This document shows positions 20,282 to 31,132 of a stretch of DNA of 64,000 nucleotides, piece by piece; within the stretch, counting starts at the first letter, position 1, and each line of letters opens with the position of its first letter. The stretch comes from a virus. The stretch spans positions 96,001 to 160,000 of the IMG/VR virus record IMGVR_UViG_3300020190_000007. One strand, 5' to 3'. The notes below the pieces were generated by a model, which did not search any database, was not told the origin of the DNA, and saw only the letters and a list, made by a program, of their open reading frames with translations. The position numbers were made by a program, and so were the translations under genes.

Positions 20282-20965
20282 TTATTTACCTAAATAACTA
20301 TCCAACTTTGACATCAAATTTTTCATTCTATTTGAGTCTGATGGATTTTCTTGAATTGATTCTTGATATTGGTCCCTGTCTTTTAAGTCTGAGAATACAT
20401 ATGCACCTGGTGTACTTGGGGATGACACTAAATCAAAACACACTAATTCAAAATCTTCTTGAACAATGTTTTGACCTTTAATATTTTTTAAAGAACCAAC
20501 ACCTCTTGATGATATACCAAGTGTTGCACCATTCATTAATAACATGGCAGCTTGGTCACCTTTAGTACTAACTATTCCCATTTTTTTCCAAGCGGGAGAA
20601 GTAAATAATTTTATTTTACCCATAAGGATTTTACCATCCCACCATGTTTCTAAAATCGAATGTGAAACTCTGTCTAAATCTATTAGTGAAGATGTTGGGT
20701 GATTTAGTTCGTTTAATGCACCACCTTTATTTATAATAGATTGATATTTTTCATTTTCTCTCTTAAGAATGTCTTCAGGGTAGATTCTACCATTTTTATT
20801 TGGTGTATCATATTTTTGTAAAACAGCGTAAAGGACCACATCATCAGAATAGTCCACATCTTTCATTTCAGAAATAATTTTCTGATTTTCTTTTGGTGAT
20901 ATATAACCAGCGTCGTATTCTATTAGTATACCTTTACCGGTTTCATTTGGGCCGAGTATTTTCAT
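20282..20965 (-). CDS. Prohead protease (T4 gp21-like)
   Basis: NKNGRIYP, ELNHP, GISSRGVGS, DLVSSPSTPGA. Confidence 0.95.
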   Translation of the reverse strand: MKILGPNETGKGILIEYDAGYISPKENQKIISEMKDVDYSDDVVLYAVLQKYDTPNKNGRIYPEDILKRENEKYQSIINKGGALNELNHPTSSLIDLDRVSHSILETWWDGKILMGKIKLFTSPAWKKMGIVSTKGDQAAMLLMNGATLGISSRGVGSLKNIKGQNIVQEDFELVCFDLVSSPSTPGAYVFSDLKDRDQYQESIQENPSDSNRMKNLMSKLDSYLGK

Positions 20966-20995
20966 CCAACTTTTTATAATAAATACCTCAGATAC

Positions 20996-21424
20996 TTAAT
21001 TAATTTTTTTTTCAAAGAAATTAAATAAAGTTTCGTTCGTCAAAACGGTGTCTATTATAGTTTCTGATAAGTTGGTAATAATATTTTCAACTTCTTTAGA
21101 ACGCACATCAAAAAATTTATCGACATACAATGTAATTTCAAGGTCCATGAAAGACCTTTTATTTGTTTTTATGGCACTAGTTTTAATATCCAAATCAACA
21201 ATTGATTCTCTTTTAAATAAATCAGAATTTAAACAATAAACTTTTTCTTTTATTTGTCTTCTTGTTTTTGAAATTAATTTTTCAAAATCGTGGTCGTTTA
21301 TTGTTGGTTGAGTCCATGAATTTAATTGTACGTAGATTGTTTTTAAGTTTTTACAATCAACCGTTCCGTATCCAATTTTTACATTATTGTGAACACCAAT
21401 TGAAATAAACTTTCCTTTTTTCAT
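20996..21424 (-). CDS. Hypothetical protein
   Basis: ORF. Confidence 0.7.
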   Translation of the reverse strand: MKKGKFISIGVHNNVKIGYGTVDCKNLKTIYVQLNSWTQPTINDHDFEKLISKTRRQIKEKVYCLNSDLFKRESIVDLDIKTSAIKTNKRSFMDLEITLYVDKFFDVRSKEVENIITNLSETIIDTVLTNETLFNFFEKKIN

Positions 21425-21521
21425 TTAATAATATCATACTTATGTACTTTATGGTGTATTTAAAATATACAAAATAAACTTAATAAATCAAAACTTTTTA
21501 TTTATATTTCAAAAAAAGATT

Positions 21522-21722
21522 ATGATAATCGTAAACGTCAACAAAGAAAAAAACCTTGAATCAGCATTAAAAAAATACAAATACAAGGTTCAAAAAACTA
21601 AACAAATCGAAAAACTTAGAAAAAAACAAGAATATGTTAAACCATCGGTTGAAAAAAGAGATAAAAAATTAAAGGCGATTTATAAGCAGCAATTGTTTAC
21701 CGATAAAGAAAAATCAAATTAA
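21522..21722 (+). CDS. rpsU: Ribosomal protein bS21
   Basis: LESALKKYK...LRKKQEYVKPSVEKR...KAIYKQ, 66 aa, Bacteroidota type. Confidence 0.92.
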   Translation: MIIVNVNKEKNLESALKKYKYKVQKTKQIEKLRKKQEYVKPSVEKRDKKLKAIYKQQLFTDKEKSN

Positions 21723-22454
21723 ACCATTTTTTAATTCAATTAGTTTATAGTAATTGAATTTTGAAATTTCCGATTTTTCAACTTCTAATTTTACATTAGT
21801 AAGTTTACTAACTACAGAATCTTCGGTAGATTCTTTTAATAGTGAATCTAATTTGTTATTAAGTTCTTTTTTTACAGAGTTCATTTCATTAATCAATTCC
21901 TCATCAGTCATTGATACAATCTTATTGAAAGTTTCTTTTTGTTCCTCATTCAAAAAATCACTATACTTAATATTAAAATTATTTACCAACACCGCATTCA
22001 ATAAAGAATGATTTTCTATTTGAACTGAAGGTTTTTCAAAAATTTCTTTTTTCTTTTCTTGAATCAAATGAAATATTAAGTTTTCTCTAGCGTCAATCTT
22101 AGATGCGATATTGTGCATATTGGTTTCCTCCGAAAGAATATCCAAATCGTTATAAAGTAAATTTGATTCCGCTACAACGCCTTTGATTGATTTATCAAAC
22201 TCTTTTATTTCTTTTTTCAAAGATTTAGTTTTTTCTACTAAAATAGGTTCAATAGATTCCACATATAATTTGGCTTTATCTTTTGATGAAATGTTCAAGT
22301 TTTCAATATTTTCATAAAACATATACATTTCAGATAAAGATTTATTTGATTTTAGTTTATTTACTAAATCTTTAATTTCACCTTTATTATTAGAGGCGTA
22401 AGATTCGGTAAGTTTTGTTAATAGTTTTATTTTTAATTTACCAAAGTTTGTCAT
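21714..22454 (-). CDS. Hypothetical head-module protein
   Basis: ORF directly downstream of the portal gene. Confidence 0.7.
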   Translation of the reverse strand: MTNFGKLKIKLLTKLTESYASNNKGEIKDLVNKLKSNKSLSEMYMFYENIENLNISSKDKAKLYVESIEPILVEKTKSLKKEIKEFDKSIKGVVAESNLLYNDLDILSEETNMHNIASKIDARENLIFHLIQEKKKEIFEKPSVQIENHSLLNAVLVNNFNIKYSDFLNEEQKETFNKIVSMTDEELINEMNSVKKELNNKLDSLLKESTEDSVVSKLTNVKLEVEKSEISKFNYYKLIELKNGLI

Positions 22455-22459
22455 TTTTG

Positions 22460-24274
22460 TTATTCGTTTAAGAAGTTTTTAAGTTTATTTTCTATTTCAT
22501 AAATATTATCTTGAGCTTTATTCATATCAAACAAATCTTCTAATTTGTCATTTTCGTTCAACATACTCAATATATTGTGTTTTTTTGTTTCGTTCTCACT
22601 CAAAGGAGCGTCTCCACCCCCCGCTGGTGGCGGTGGTGGTGGGGTACCTCCGCCCGTACCCATATTCATACCGCCAGCATCGCCGCCAGCCGCATCTCCA
22701 CCTTCTTGTCTTTCCTCTTCGGGAACCCCATATTTTGAATCAACATCATCAAATACACCACTTCGTTTGATAACGTTTTGTGTGTTAGTTAATTCGAAAC
22801 CAATTGCTCTTTCAATTCTTTGTTGTTGTAAATCAAGAATCACTTCACTGTCACTCATACCAAGAATATTTTTCTTAGCCCAAGTATGTGAAACAGGTAG
22901 GATTCCAATTTGAGATTGGTCAGATGTTGCATCTTTATACAATACAATTTTTTCTTTCCATTGTTCAATTCTCAACAAATCAGATTGTGCTGACGGGTTT
23001 GTTAATGATAATGTGAAATTATCTAATTCATCTTCCAAACCCAATAAGTAAAGATGAATTAATGCTATTTTATTTAATTCTTGAATTACCGATTTTTGAA
23101 TTCTGTTGATTGTTCTTGCAAAACGAATATCCATCAACGCGAGAGTTTTACCGTCACCAACAACTTCTTCAAAACCTAAGAAAGCTTTTGGAATACGAAG
23201 TGCCGCCAACATTTTCTTTTGGATATATTCAATGTCGGCAATTTCACCTAAGTTTTGTGCCCCTGCTAATGTTTCAATAGGATTTGTTTGAGCTGGGTCA
23301 CGAACAGGGATGAAATAATCTTGGTCAACCGCCATTTGATTATATCTCATATCAACTTGACCGTTTCTTGAATCAACCACTTGGTCTCTTTTAAATTTAT
23401 TAGCCACACGTTGTACATAAGCCTCGATGTCTTTGTCATCCATGTTACCAACAAATATTTTAAAAACCCTTCTTTCAGGTGCTCTTGTTGTTCTATAAAT
23501 CAACATAGCATCCTCTGCTAAAAGTAATTGTTTCCAAATTCTTCTAATTTTATCCAACATAGAGGTACCATAAGGAAGTTTTCTATCATCACCCAATAAT
23601 CTAAAATGGGCTATTTCCCAAGCTTGAAATTCTAAATCTTTATTTTTCCATTGAAATCTTAACTCTCTTGTTGGAAGTTGCATTGAGTTTTGTTGATTTG
23701 GTGTTTTGCTTTCTTTACCTTCATGTCTTTCAATTTCAATATTAGGTAATTGTTGACACCCAATAATACCTCTTTCAGGGTCTATTTTAAGGTAAACAAA
23801 GTTATCGCCGTACTTACAAGTACCCCTTGTCCACATTTGTAAGTTAGTGTTCAAATCTAACCTATTCATAAACAAATCATCAAGAATAATTTTGACTCTT
23901 GATGATTCTGAAAAAATAGTTAATATTTCACCTTTTTCAGATAATGTTGTTGATTCTTCGGCGTATATATCTAAAGCGGCAGAAATTTCAGGAGTAAATT
24001 CCATCGATTCATAATCGTAATATGCTGACAACCTATTTGGTTCGTAATATACCGATTGATTATAAAGAGATTGGTCAAGTTTTGTCCACTTGTCTGCAAT
24101 GTATTGACTCTGCTGAGCTTGTAGCATCGATTTTTCATACTCCTCCCTACTATTTGTTTTTAGTATTTGTTCTTTATCAAAATTGAAAGACGGAGCCTCC
24201 TCAGGAGTTACCCTACCAGGGAACCCAAACATTTTTGTTAATCTCTGAAATACCGTTAAATTACTTTCCGCCAT
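22460..24274 (-). CDS. Portal protein (T4 gp20-like)
   Basis: PYGTSML, EDAMLIYRTTRAPERRVF, DYFIP, DIEYIQKK...LRIP. Confidence 0.96.
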   Translation of the reverse strand: MAESNLTVFQRLTKMFGFPGRVTPEEAPSFNFDKEQILKTNSREEYEKSMLQAQQSQYIADKWTKLDQSLYNQSVYYEPNRLSAYYDYESMEFTPEISAALDIYAEESTTLSEKGEILTIFSESSRVKIILDDLFMNRLDLNTNLQMWTRGTCKYGDNFVYLKIDPERGIIGCQQLPNIEIERHEGKESKTPNQQNSMQLPTRELRFQWKNKDLEFQAWEIAHFRLLGDDRKLPYGTSMLDKIRRIWKQLLLAEDAMLIYRTTRAPERRVFKIFVGNMDDKDIEAYVQRVANKFKRDQVVDSRNGQVDMRYNQMAVDQDYFIPVRDPAQTNPIETLAGAQNLGEIADIEYIQKKMLAALRIPKAFLGFEEVVGDGKTLALMDIRFARTINRIQKSVIQELNKIALIHLYLLGLEDELDNFTLSLTNPSAQSDLLRIEQWKEKIVLYKDATSDQSQIGILPVSHTWAKKNILGMSDSEVILDLQQQRIERAIGFELTNTQNVIKRSGVFDDVDSKYGVPEEERQEGGDAAGGDAGGMNMGTGGGTPPPPPPAGGGDAPLSENETKKHNILSMLNENDKLEDLFDMNKAQDNIYEIENKLKNFLNE

Positions 24275-24326
24275 GTATATAAATAGTTTAAGAGAATATA
24301 ATTAATTTTATTATTATAATAAAGGA

Positions 24327-26102
24327 TTATCTTTTTTTATTAAACAACCAAGAGTACCGAGAGTATTGTTCTTTTGTTGCGTTGTTATTATGTCTTGGAA
24401 TATTGGGGTCATTATCCACTGACATTGAACCTATTTGGTCAAACGCTGTTCCGTATGAATAAAATGATTTATTTGGTTCATATGTTCTTTCGGACAATGT
24501 CCAAGATTCTAACATCGCTTTATTAGCATTCTCGTTTTTAGTTAGTTGTGCAAATGAAATATCACCAACATATAATGCCATTGACATACTCATAATCGCA
24601 TCATCGTGAGCCCCTTTCATGTGGTCAGGTCTACCATTTATATAAACAAATGTGTTTAATTCATTCATTAATCTCGCAGACCTAACTTGAAACCCTTTTC
24701 TTAATTGTTCTTCAAAAGCAGCAACAATTTGTGTCCTTTTATTGTTAAAGTTAATACCTGGAATTTTTTCCAACGCTTTAGAGTTGTACTCCCAAATATT
24801 TTTGGTATTAATTCCATCTATATAAAGATTTTTATAATTTAACTCTTGTAGTTTTCTTGATGTTGCAACACCCATACCACCGGTAATATCAACCACAATA
24901 AAAGCTTCATAAAGTATCCCCCATTTATATGCGACCGAAGCCAAATCATCAGGTGGTATTTTACCAACATATTCCGCCACTTGTTCTCTTTCATCAAAAT
25001 CTATGATACTAATTGCAGAAAAGTCCTCACTATCACCTCTTGAAACGTCTACACCCATAATATATTTATGACCCTGTACGGGTTCTTTCCATTGCCAAAA
25101 AGTACCATGCATATACTTTTCTTTTGGGTCCCTCAGCATGTTTTTAACAATATTATCTTGTACTTCAGTTGGAATTACACCGTCCCCTGAACCAAGAAAA
25201 TCACATTCTAATTCTTGGGATATTTTTCTTCTATCAAACTTGAATTTTTTACACATTGATTCAAACCAAGAAGATAAAGGTTTAAAACCTTCTTCTTCGT
25301 ATTGTTTGTAATTTTCAATATCAAAATCAGTCATTACAATATCATCATCGTTATATTGTTCTCTATTCAACATGTAATGAACAATATCATTACATTTAAC
25401 CCATCTCAAATCTTTTGTGTAACGAGGGTCTTTGAACCATCTAAGGTCGGTAATGTGAAAATCATTTACAGCTCTAATTGCTTGGTCATAAACACCATAA
25501 TAAATCGGGTCAAAACCGTTTGGGGTAGAAATAAGAATAATCTTACCACCCGTAGATAATGACGCCATAGACGCTGCCCAAAAGTCTTCACCCGCCTCAA
25601 TATACGCAGCTTCGTCAAATATAAGAATTGTAGGTGTATAACCACGTAAAGCATCCGCAGAAGTTGCAACTGCTTTCACTTCGCAACCATTGTTTAACCT
25701 AAATCTACTTTCTGAGTTTTTATCGGGTGAAAATCCTACATTAATCCAATCAGGCCACTGGTCTAAAAAATGTCTAATCTTGTTAGCCATTTCAACCGCG
25801 GTGTCTTTTTTGTTTGCGATAATAAGAACTCTTTCAGGGTTCTCGGGTTTTGCTAATTGTAATTTTTTAGAAATCCAAGCGGCAGTAACCGTGGTCACAC
25901 CCGCTTGTCTATACTTTCTTGTGATATTTTCATTGTAATCCTCGTAATCTTTTAATAATTGAATTTGGTCAGGAAAAAGTTTTAATGGAACAAATCTTTT
26001 TTGAGTATTATCGTAAGTCTGTAGGTATGTTCTCAAAGCATATGGTGTATCTTTTAAAATACGGGCATACTCTTTTAATTGTTCTATTTTTTGATTACTC
26101 AT
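24327..26102 (-). CDS. Terminase large subunit
   Basis: KYRQAGVTT, FDEAA, STPNG, GVDVSRG, HDD. Confidence 0.95.
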   Translation of the reverse strand: MSNQKIEQLKEYARILKDTPYALRTYLQTYDNTQKRFVPLKLFPDQIQLLKDYEDYNENITRKYRQAGVTTVTAAWISKKLQLAKPENPERVLIIANKKDTAVEMANKIRHFLDQWPDWINVGFSPDKNSESRFRLNNGCEVKAVATSADALRGYTPTILIFDEAAYIEAGEDFWAASMASLSTGGKIILISTPNGFDPIYYGVYDQAIRAVNDFHITDLRWFKDPRYTKDLRWVKCNDIVHYMLNREQYNDDDIVMTDFDIENYKQYEEEGFKPLSSWFESMCKKFKFDRRKISQELECDFLGSGDGVIPTEVQDNIVKNMLRDPKEKYMHGTFWQWKEPVQGHKYIMGVDVSRGDSEDFSAISIIDFDEREQVAEYVGKIPPDDLASVAYKWGILYEAFIVVDITGGMGVATSRKLQELNYKNLYIDGINTKNIWEYNSKALEKIPGINFNNKRTQIVAAFEEQLRKGFQVRSARLMNELNTFVYINGRPDHMKGAHDDAIMSMSMALYVGDISFAQLTKNENANKAMLESWTLSERTYEPNKSFYSYGTAFDQIGSMSVDNDPNIPRHNNNATKEQYSRYSWLFNKKR

Positions 26103-26118
26103 ATATATAAATATGAAA

Positions 26119-26141
26119 AAGGGTGGTTAAAAACCACCCTT
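26119..26141 (-). terminator. Intrinsic terminator
   Basis: AAGGGTGGTT-AAA-AACCACCCTT hairpin with flanking A-run. Confidence 0.7.
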
Positions 26142-26148
26142 CGAACTT

Positions 26149-27591
26149 TTATACTATGGGACCTTGTGGGTCATCATCGTCATCTGTTAATCGTATACCA
26201 AGACCACCCAAGAAGTTTCCCAAATCATCATCATCTGTTTTATCTGTGATTCGTTCCAATTCTTGGTTAAATCTATTAATTGCGTCATTGTAATTTTTAT
26301 CTCTTAACATTTGACCGATACCTTGAAGTAGTACCCCCATCAATCTTTTACCTTCACCAGAACCTGAAACAACTTCTTTTGTGAATACTAAAAATTCTTT
26401 CGCCGGTAATCTAAAGATACTGGTAACTAGGTAATTTTGAAGATAATATGATTCTTCTTCATTAAAAATTTCATCAGGGAATTGTTGTCTGATTCTATCA
26501 TAAATTGCTGGTCCTAATCTTAAATCCCATACCTCTTTTTCTAACGTATCTTCTGATTGTTCAATTTCAGCGAATCTTGGGTCTTCTTTACCTTCATCAT
26601 CTTTTGGTCTTCCTTGTATACCAAATAACTCATATGTACCTTTAATTAATTCGTGCACTAAAATTGGGAAATTTACCGCTTCTACATAAACTGTTGGTGG
26701 TGTTGTACTACGTTTTACTTGTTCTTTTCCACCCATACCAGCACCTCCCATCATACCTTTCATTTGGTTATCACTTAATTGCCAGTATAATGTATCATTT
26801 ATTGACATTAAAATACCGTAGTTAGCAACCAAATTGTTAGAACCTGTAATTTCAGCAAGTTTGTCCGCAACATACGAATACATGTAGTGACCCTTTTTAG
26901 AGACACCTTGTATCATTGCGTTAATCATTCTTCTTTTAGCTCTTTCAAAATCCATTTTTTCCAAATCAGTGGCTAAGTCTTTTTCAACATCAACAGGGTC
27001 AATATTTTGTTGTTGTTGCATTTCTCGATTGAAACCCTCAGGATTTACTTGACCTTGACCGACAAGTTTTGCATCATATTGTATTTTGTACTTTTTACTA
27101 CCATCTGGTAATCTATAAAAAACTTTATAAATTCCATTATCGAATTCAATTCCACCATTATCACCCTCACTTAAAGTTGATTTTTCCTTTCTACTTAAAA
27201 CAGGAATTTCATCAACAGCCAACCTAATACCTAACGCAATCAATTCCGGTCTATGATTTTCTTCTGCTTGTACAATTTCATTATGTGCAGTCATCATCAT
27301 TTGTACCAACGGCATTATCCCACTCTCATCATCTGTTAATCTAACGTTTGAACCAGTAAGTTCCCTCAATCTTGCAACAACTTGTCTGTATCTTTCAGAT
27401 GCTAATAATTCTTGGAAATTTTTATTTGGTTCATCACCCGTTTTGGGTAGAGGGACTTTTTTAAGTGGAGTATCACCCGTAGAAAGAGTTCTCTGTATGT
27501 CTATGTTCGGTCTATCTTCCGAATCAAAATCCATTGGCATTTCGTTTATATCTTCCAGTAAAGATACTAAATCTTTTTTCTTGAATTTCAT
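26149..27591 (-). CDS. Hypothetical virion-associated protein
   Basis: 480-aa ORF in the head region containing HELIKG. Confidence 0.65.
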   Translation of the reverse strand: MKFKKKDLVSLLEDINEMPMDFDSEDRPNIDIQRTLSTGDTPLKKVPLPKTGDEPNKNFQELLASERYRQVVARLRELTGSNVRLTDDESGIMPLVQMMMTAHNEIVQAEENHRPELIALGIRLAVDEIPVLSRKEKSTLSEGDNGGIEFDNGIYKVFYRLPDGSKKYKIQYDAKLVGQGQVNPEGFNREMQQQQNIDPVDVEKDLATDLEKMDFERAKRRMINAMIQGVSKKGHYMYSYVADKLAEITGSNNLVANYGILMSINDTLYWQLSDNQMKGMMGGAGMGGKEQVKRSTTPPTVYVEAVNFPILVHELIKGTYELFGIQGRPKDDEGKEDPRFAEIEQSEDTLEKEVWDLRLGPAIYDRIRQQFPDEIFNEEESYYLQNYLVTSIFRLPAKEFLVFTKEVVSGSGEGKRLMGVLLQGIGQMLRDKNYNDAINRFNQELERITDKTDDDDLGNFLGGLGIRLTDDDDDPQGPIV

Positions 27592-28394
27592 TTTTTAATT
27601 TTTTTCTTTTCGGCTAACGCCTTTGGTTTAGTATCAGGACCTGGTTGTGGTTCAAACGGGTCAAACGGTTCGTCTTCTTGTGGTCTTGTTGGTGTTTTTG
27701 GTTTGGTTGGTGTTTCTGTTGGTGTTTCAACAGGTGCTGGTTGGGCTGCAGCCATGATTGCATCATAAGTCATAAACTCAGGTACACCATTGTGACCTTT
27801 TTTCGCTCTTGTTGCCGGCATTGGTTGAAACGTCGCTTCCATTTTTTCACTAATAATATTCATGATGTCATTTTTAGATGTAAAATTACTGTATTTTGAT
27901 TCAGTCAAATCTAACACCCATTCTTCAACTTCTGAAACACTTTCGTTCATTTTTTTCTTCCAACCTTGTTTTGCTCTAATAGCAAATTTTATTTCGGCTT
28001 CTTGGTCTATAATTTTTTTAGGTACTTTTTTACCTTCGTCTTGATATTTCTTACTTTTTTCTTTTAAAGAATTAAGTTCTTTTTTTAGTTCTACAACTGA
28101 CTTACCAGCGTGTTCACCGGTTTTTTTAACCTTGGTATCACCCTCCCATTTTTCATTTACACCCCCATGTTTTTTGTCCTTACATTTAGGACATACTTTA
28201 GATTCGTAAGTTTCAATGGTTTTACCATCGGCTTTAGCTGCTTCGATATCTTTTAAATTATTCGCTTTAATCATAACAGCTTCTTTAAGAACTGTTTTAG
28301 ATAAAGTTATAAGTTCGTTATCACTTAAACGAGAAAGAGTTCTCTCTGAAAACCCTTCCATTATTAATTCTTCAATGACTAATCTTCTATTCAT
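27588..28394 (-). CDS. Hypothetical protein with Pro/Thr-rich C-terminus
   Basis: PAPVETPTETPTKPKTPT. Confidence 0.65.
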   Translation of the reverse strand: MNRRLVIEELIMEGFSERTLSRLSDNELITLSKTVLKEAVMIKANNLKDIEAAKADGKTIETYESKVCPKCKDKKHGGVNEKWEGDTKVKKTGEHAGKSVVELKKELNSLKEKSKKYQDEGKKVPKKIIDQEAEIKFAIRAKQGWKKKMNESVSEVEEWVLDLTESKYSNFTSKNDIMNIISEKMEATFQPMPATRAKKGHNGVPEFMTYDAIMAAAQPAPVETPTETPTKPKTPTRPQEDEPFDPFEPQPGPDTKPKALAEKKKIKK

Positions 28395-28792
28395 GATTCT
28401 TTGAATTTTATTGATTTTTTTTCAAGGGAGATATTCCTTTCTTTTAATTTTTTTGAAACATTTTCATATGACTCACCAAAACGGAAAAATAACCTATCTT
28501 CTTCTAAATCAAAATTAGATTTTTCCCACGCCATAGCAATTATACCATCTACAGCATCAATAACACCGAAATAGTCTGAATTTTGTATTAATTCAAAAAC
28601 TATTTCGGTGTCTTTCAGTAGACCAACTTGGTCTATATATTCAATGTTTGGTGATTTTGGTGTGGATGTTGATGATGCGGGTATGTCAAACCATTCGTCC
28701 ATGTCTATCTCAGTTGATTCACTAAAAATGAATTCATACTGTTTTTGACCCTTATAATCGGTTCCAATTTCGTTGACATATATAAGTCGCAT
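28391..28792 (-). CDS. Hypothetical protein
   Basis: ORF. Confidence 0.7.
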   Translation of the reverse strand: MRLIYVNEIGTDYKGQKQYEFIFSESTEIDMDEWFDIPASSTSTPKSPNIEYIDQVGLLKDTEIVFELIQNSDYFGVIDAVDGIIAMAWEKSNFDLEEDRLFFRFGESYENVSKKLKERNISLEKKSIKFKES

Positions 28793-28793
28793 T

Positions 28794-29855
28794 TTACTTA
28801 AAGTATTTACCTAAAGTATTAGATATTGTTTTGTTAATTTCTTTTTTGATTTCGTCCAAATCGATTTCCTTAACATCATCACCACCTAAATCAGCGTATT
28901 TTGATAAATCAATTTCTTCTTCCGTTGACATTGGTGTGTTTATAAAACTTTCCAATTTGTCCATTGCGTGCATTTCACCTAAATCAGCGTCAGCAGTTGG
29001 TTCAGCTGGTGTAGTATCGTCATCAGCAGGAACGTCAGACATATCATCAGATGGTTCGTCAGATAACTCTACATCATCCTCAATATCCCTATCGAATTTT
29101 TTACCAATCTCTTCGATATCATCATCCTCCAACTTATCTAAATCTACTGCCGAAATAACCATGTTAAGGACATATTTGATATCGTCACTTTCCATTTTAT
29201 CTTTTTGGTCTCTTAGTTCTTGTCCTAATTTTCCTGCAAATTTTTGGATTTCAGTCATATAGTCAGATGGTTTACCTGATTCATCAGATGGTAAATCATC
29301 ACCCATTTCGTCCCCTTCAGGTGCCATTGGAGTATTACTTTCGGGAGCCATTGGGACATCACTTTCGGGAGCCATTGGGACATCACCACCCATTTCAGGT
29401 GATGGTGGTACGTCACCCTCAGGAGCTACGGGAGCTGGCGGAACCTCACCCATTTCTGGTGATGAAACAGGAGCTTCGTTAGCGGGTTCTGAAGTTGGTT
29501 TTTGTTTTAAAACGTACTTAGTTGCTTCATTTAATTCACGTCCAGATAATAACTCTAATCTTTTTAGTGCTTCCGCATATGAATTAAATTTATTTTTATT
29601 TTTCATGAATAGACCACCGATGTAGTCTAATGAATTTTCGTTTAAACCTTTTTTAACGTAGTATCCATCTTTTTCTCTTACAATACCAAATCTGAAACCA
29701 CTTACGGATTCAGAAAGATATTCAGTTTTAGATACTGGTGATTGGTTAGGGGTAGATGATTTTTTATCATTACCGTAATAGGTCAACTCGAGGATACGTC
29801 TTAGTTTGTCGTCTCCGTTAAGTTTTTCGCTTCCTAATGGTTTTAAATCTGCCAT
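28794..29855 (-). CDS. Acidic Pro-rich protein, probable head component
   Basis: DVPMAPES short repeats; TATTTATA upstream. Confidence 0.65.
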   Translation of the reverse strand: MADLKPLGSEKLNGDDKLRRILELTYYGNDKKSSTPNQSPVSKTEYLSESVSGFRFGIVREKDGYYVKKGLNENSLDYIGGLFMKNKNKFNSYAEALKRLELLSGRELNEATKYVLKQKPTSEPANEAPVSSPEMGEVPPAPVAPEGDVPPSPEMGGDVPMAPESDVPMAPESNTPMAPEGDEMGDDLPSDESGKPSDYMTEIQKFAGKLGQELRDQKDKMESDDIKYVLNMVISAVDLDKLEDDDIEEIGKKFDRDIEDDVELSDEPSDDMSDVPADDDTTPAEPTADADLGEMHAMDKLESFINTPMSTEEEIDLSKYADLGGDDVKEIDLDEIKKEINKTISNTLGKYFK

Positions 29856-29929
29856 TGCTTTAAATGTTGATAATTATATTATTCTTGTATCCTATAAATA
29901 CATGCATATAGATAAAAAATTTACTGTTT

Positions 29930-30718
29930 CTATTGCGGTAAGGACAATTTTTTATTTCGTATTGAACTTTTGATATTAAAAAGTTTTTCGATAAATCCAT
30001 TTCTTCTTAATAATTTGAAGGTTAAATTTTCATAGGAATATTCACCTCCTTTTTCTAATCCTGATTGTCTGAATTTTTTTAGCTTGTCTTTTAGGGTTTT
30101 TATTTCTTTTGAAACATCTCGACCTTTATTGTTTAAATCTTCTAAACGTTCTACTTCTTTTGCGTATTCCTCGGATTTTTCTAAAATTTTCTTCTCATCG
30201 ATTTCAAAAGCTGATTCAAATTTTTTAGGTTCAATAACCCAATCATTATTCAAAACCGAGTAAACACCTGTTGCAAAATACTTGTCATCCACGTCTTGAA
30301 CATACATCTCCACTTCATATCCTTTAATTTTAATATCGGTGGTCTCGTTCCACAATCTTCGTTTTACATCAAAAAATTCTTGTACGATTTGGTGATAAAC
30401 AACTAAATCTTTAGACTCTGATTCATCAAATTCGTCATAATCAATTAATATGTGGATATCAACGTCTGAATATTCAGACCAATTATAGTTTGCTAATGAA
30501 CCAATAAAAATAATATCATAGATGAAAAAATTAACCCCAACAAAGTCGATAAATTCTTCTGTTATTTCTAACATTTTTTTTCGAACTTCTGAATTTAAAA
30601 CAGATTTACCATTATTAATATCAAAGATATCGTTAGGCAATGAATCCTTTGGAACAAAAGATTTTACAATCTCTTTGTTCTTTTCCATGTCTTCAATTAT
30701 TTCGTCAATTACACTCAT
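29930..30718 (-). CDS. Pol-beta superfamily nucleotidyltransferase
   Basis: GSLANYNWSEYSDVDIH (GS...DxD). Confidence 0.8.
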   Translation of the reverse strand: MSVIDEIIEDMEKNKEIVKSFVPKDSLPNDIFDINNGKSVLNSEVRKKMLEITEEFIDFVGVNFFIYDIIFIGSLANYNWSEYSDVDIHILIDYDEFDESESKDLVVYHQIVQEFFDVKRRLWNETTDIKIKGYEVEMYVQDVDDKYFATGVYSVLNNDWVIEPKKFESAFEIDEKKILEKSEEYAKEVERLEDLNNKGRDVSKEIKTLKDKLKKFRQSGLEKGGEYSYENLTFKLLRRNGFIEKLFNIKSSIRNKKLSLPQ

Positions 30719-30960
30719 TTGATTTTTTTATATTTATACGTTCTCGATATATTCGAATTAAAAAATTTACCTTGAGATTCTGATTTTTTAAAATTTTCAA
30801 AAATCTCTAGTGGCACATTTTCATATTCATAAATAGAACCATTATTAAATTCAATCGATAAATGGTTTTCAGATGAATTATAAATCGCTCGATTCAGATT
30901 TGATGATGAAACCACAACCTCTGTAATGTTACCTTCTGTTTTTTCTAAAATAATTGACAT
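30715..30960 (-). CDS. KTSC domain protein
   Basis: SSNL..AIYN...LSIEFNNGSIYEYENVP...SQGKFFN. Confidence 0.88.
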   Translation of the reverse strand: MSIILEKTEGNITEVVVSSSNLNRAIYNSSENHLSIEFNNGSIYEYENVPLEIFENFKKSESQGKFFNSNISRTYKYKKIK

Positions 30961-31132
30961 AATTTTTTTTTTAGATATTAGTATACATAATAAATATCAA
31001 ATAAAAAACCCCTTGTAGGGGTGTCATTTTTTATTTATGTTTGTGGAAACAGGTATTCCTAAAAACAACTTCTCGGAGTCAACATTTGTTTTTACGGGAT
31101 TCTTTTTGTATACTTAAAGAAAATTATTTCGT

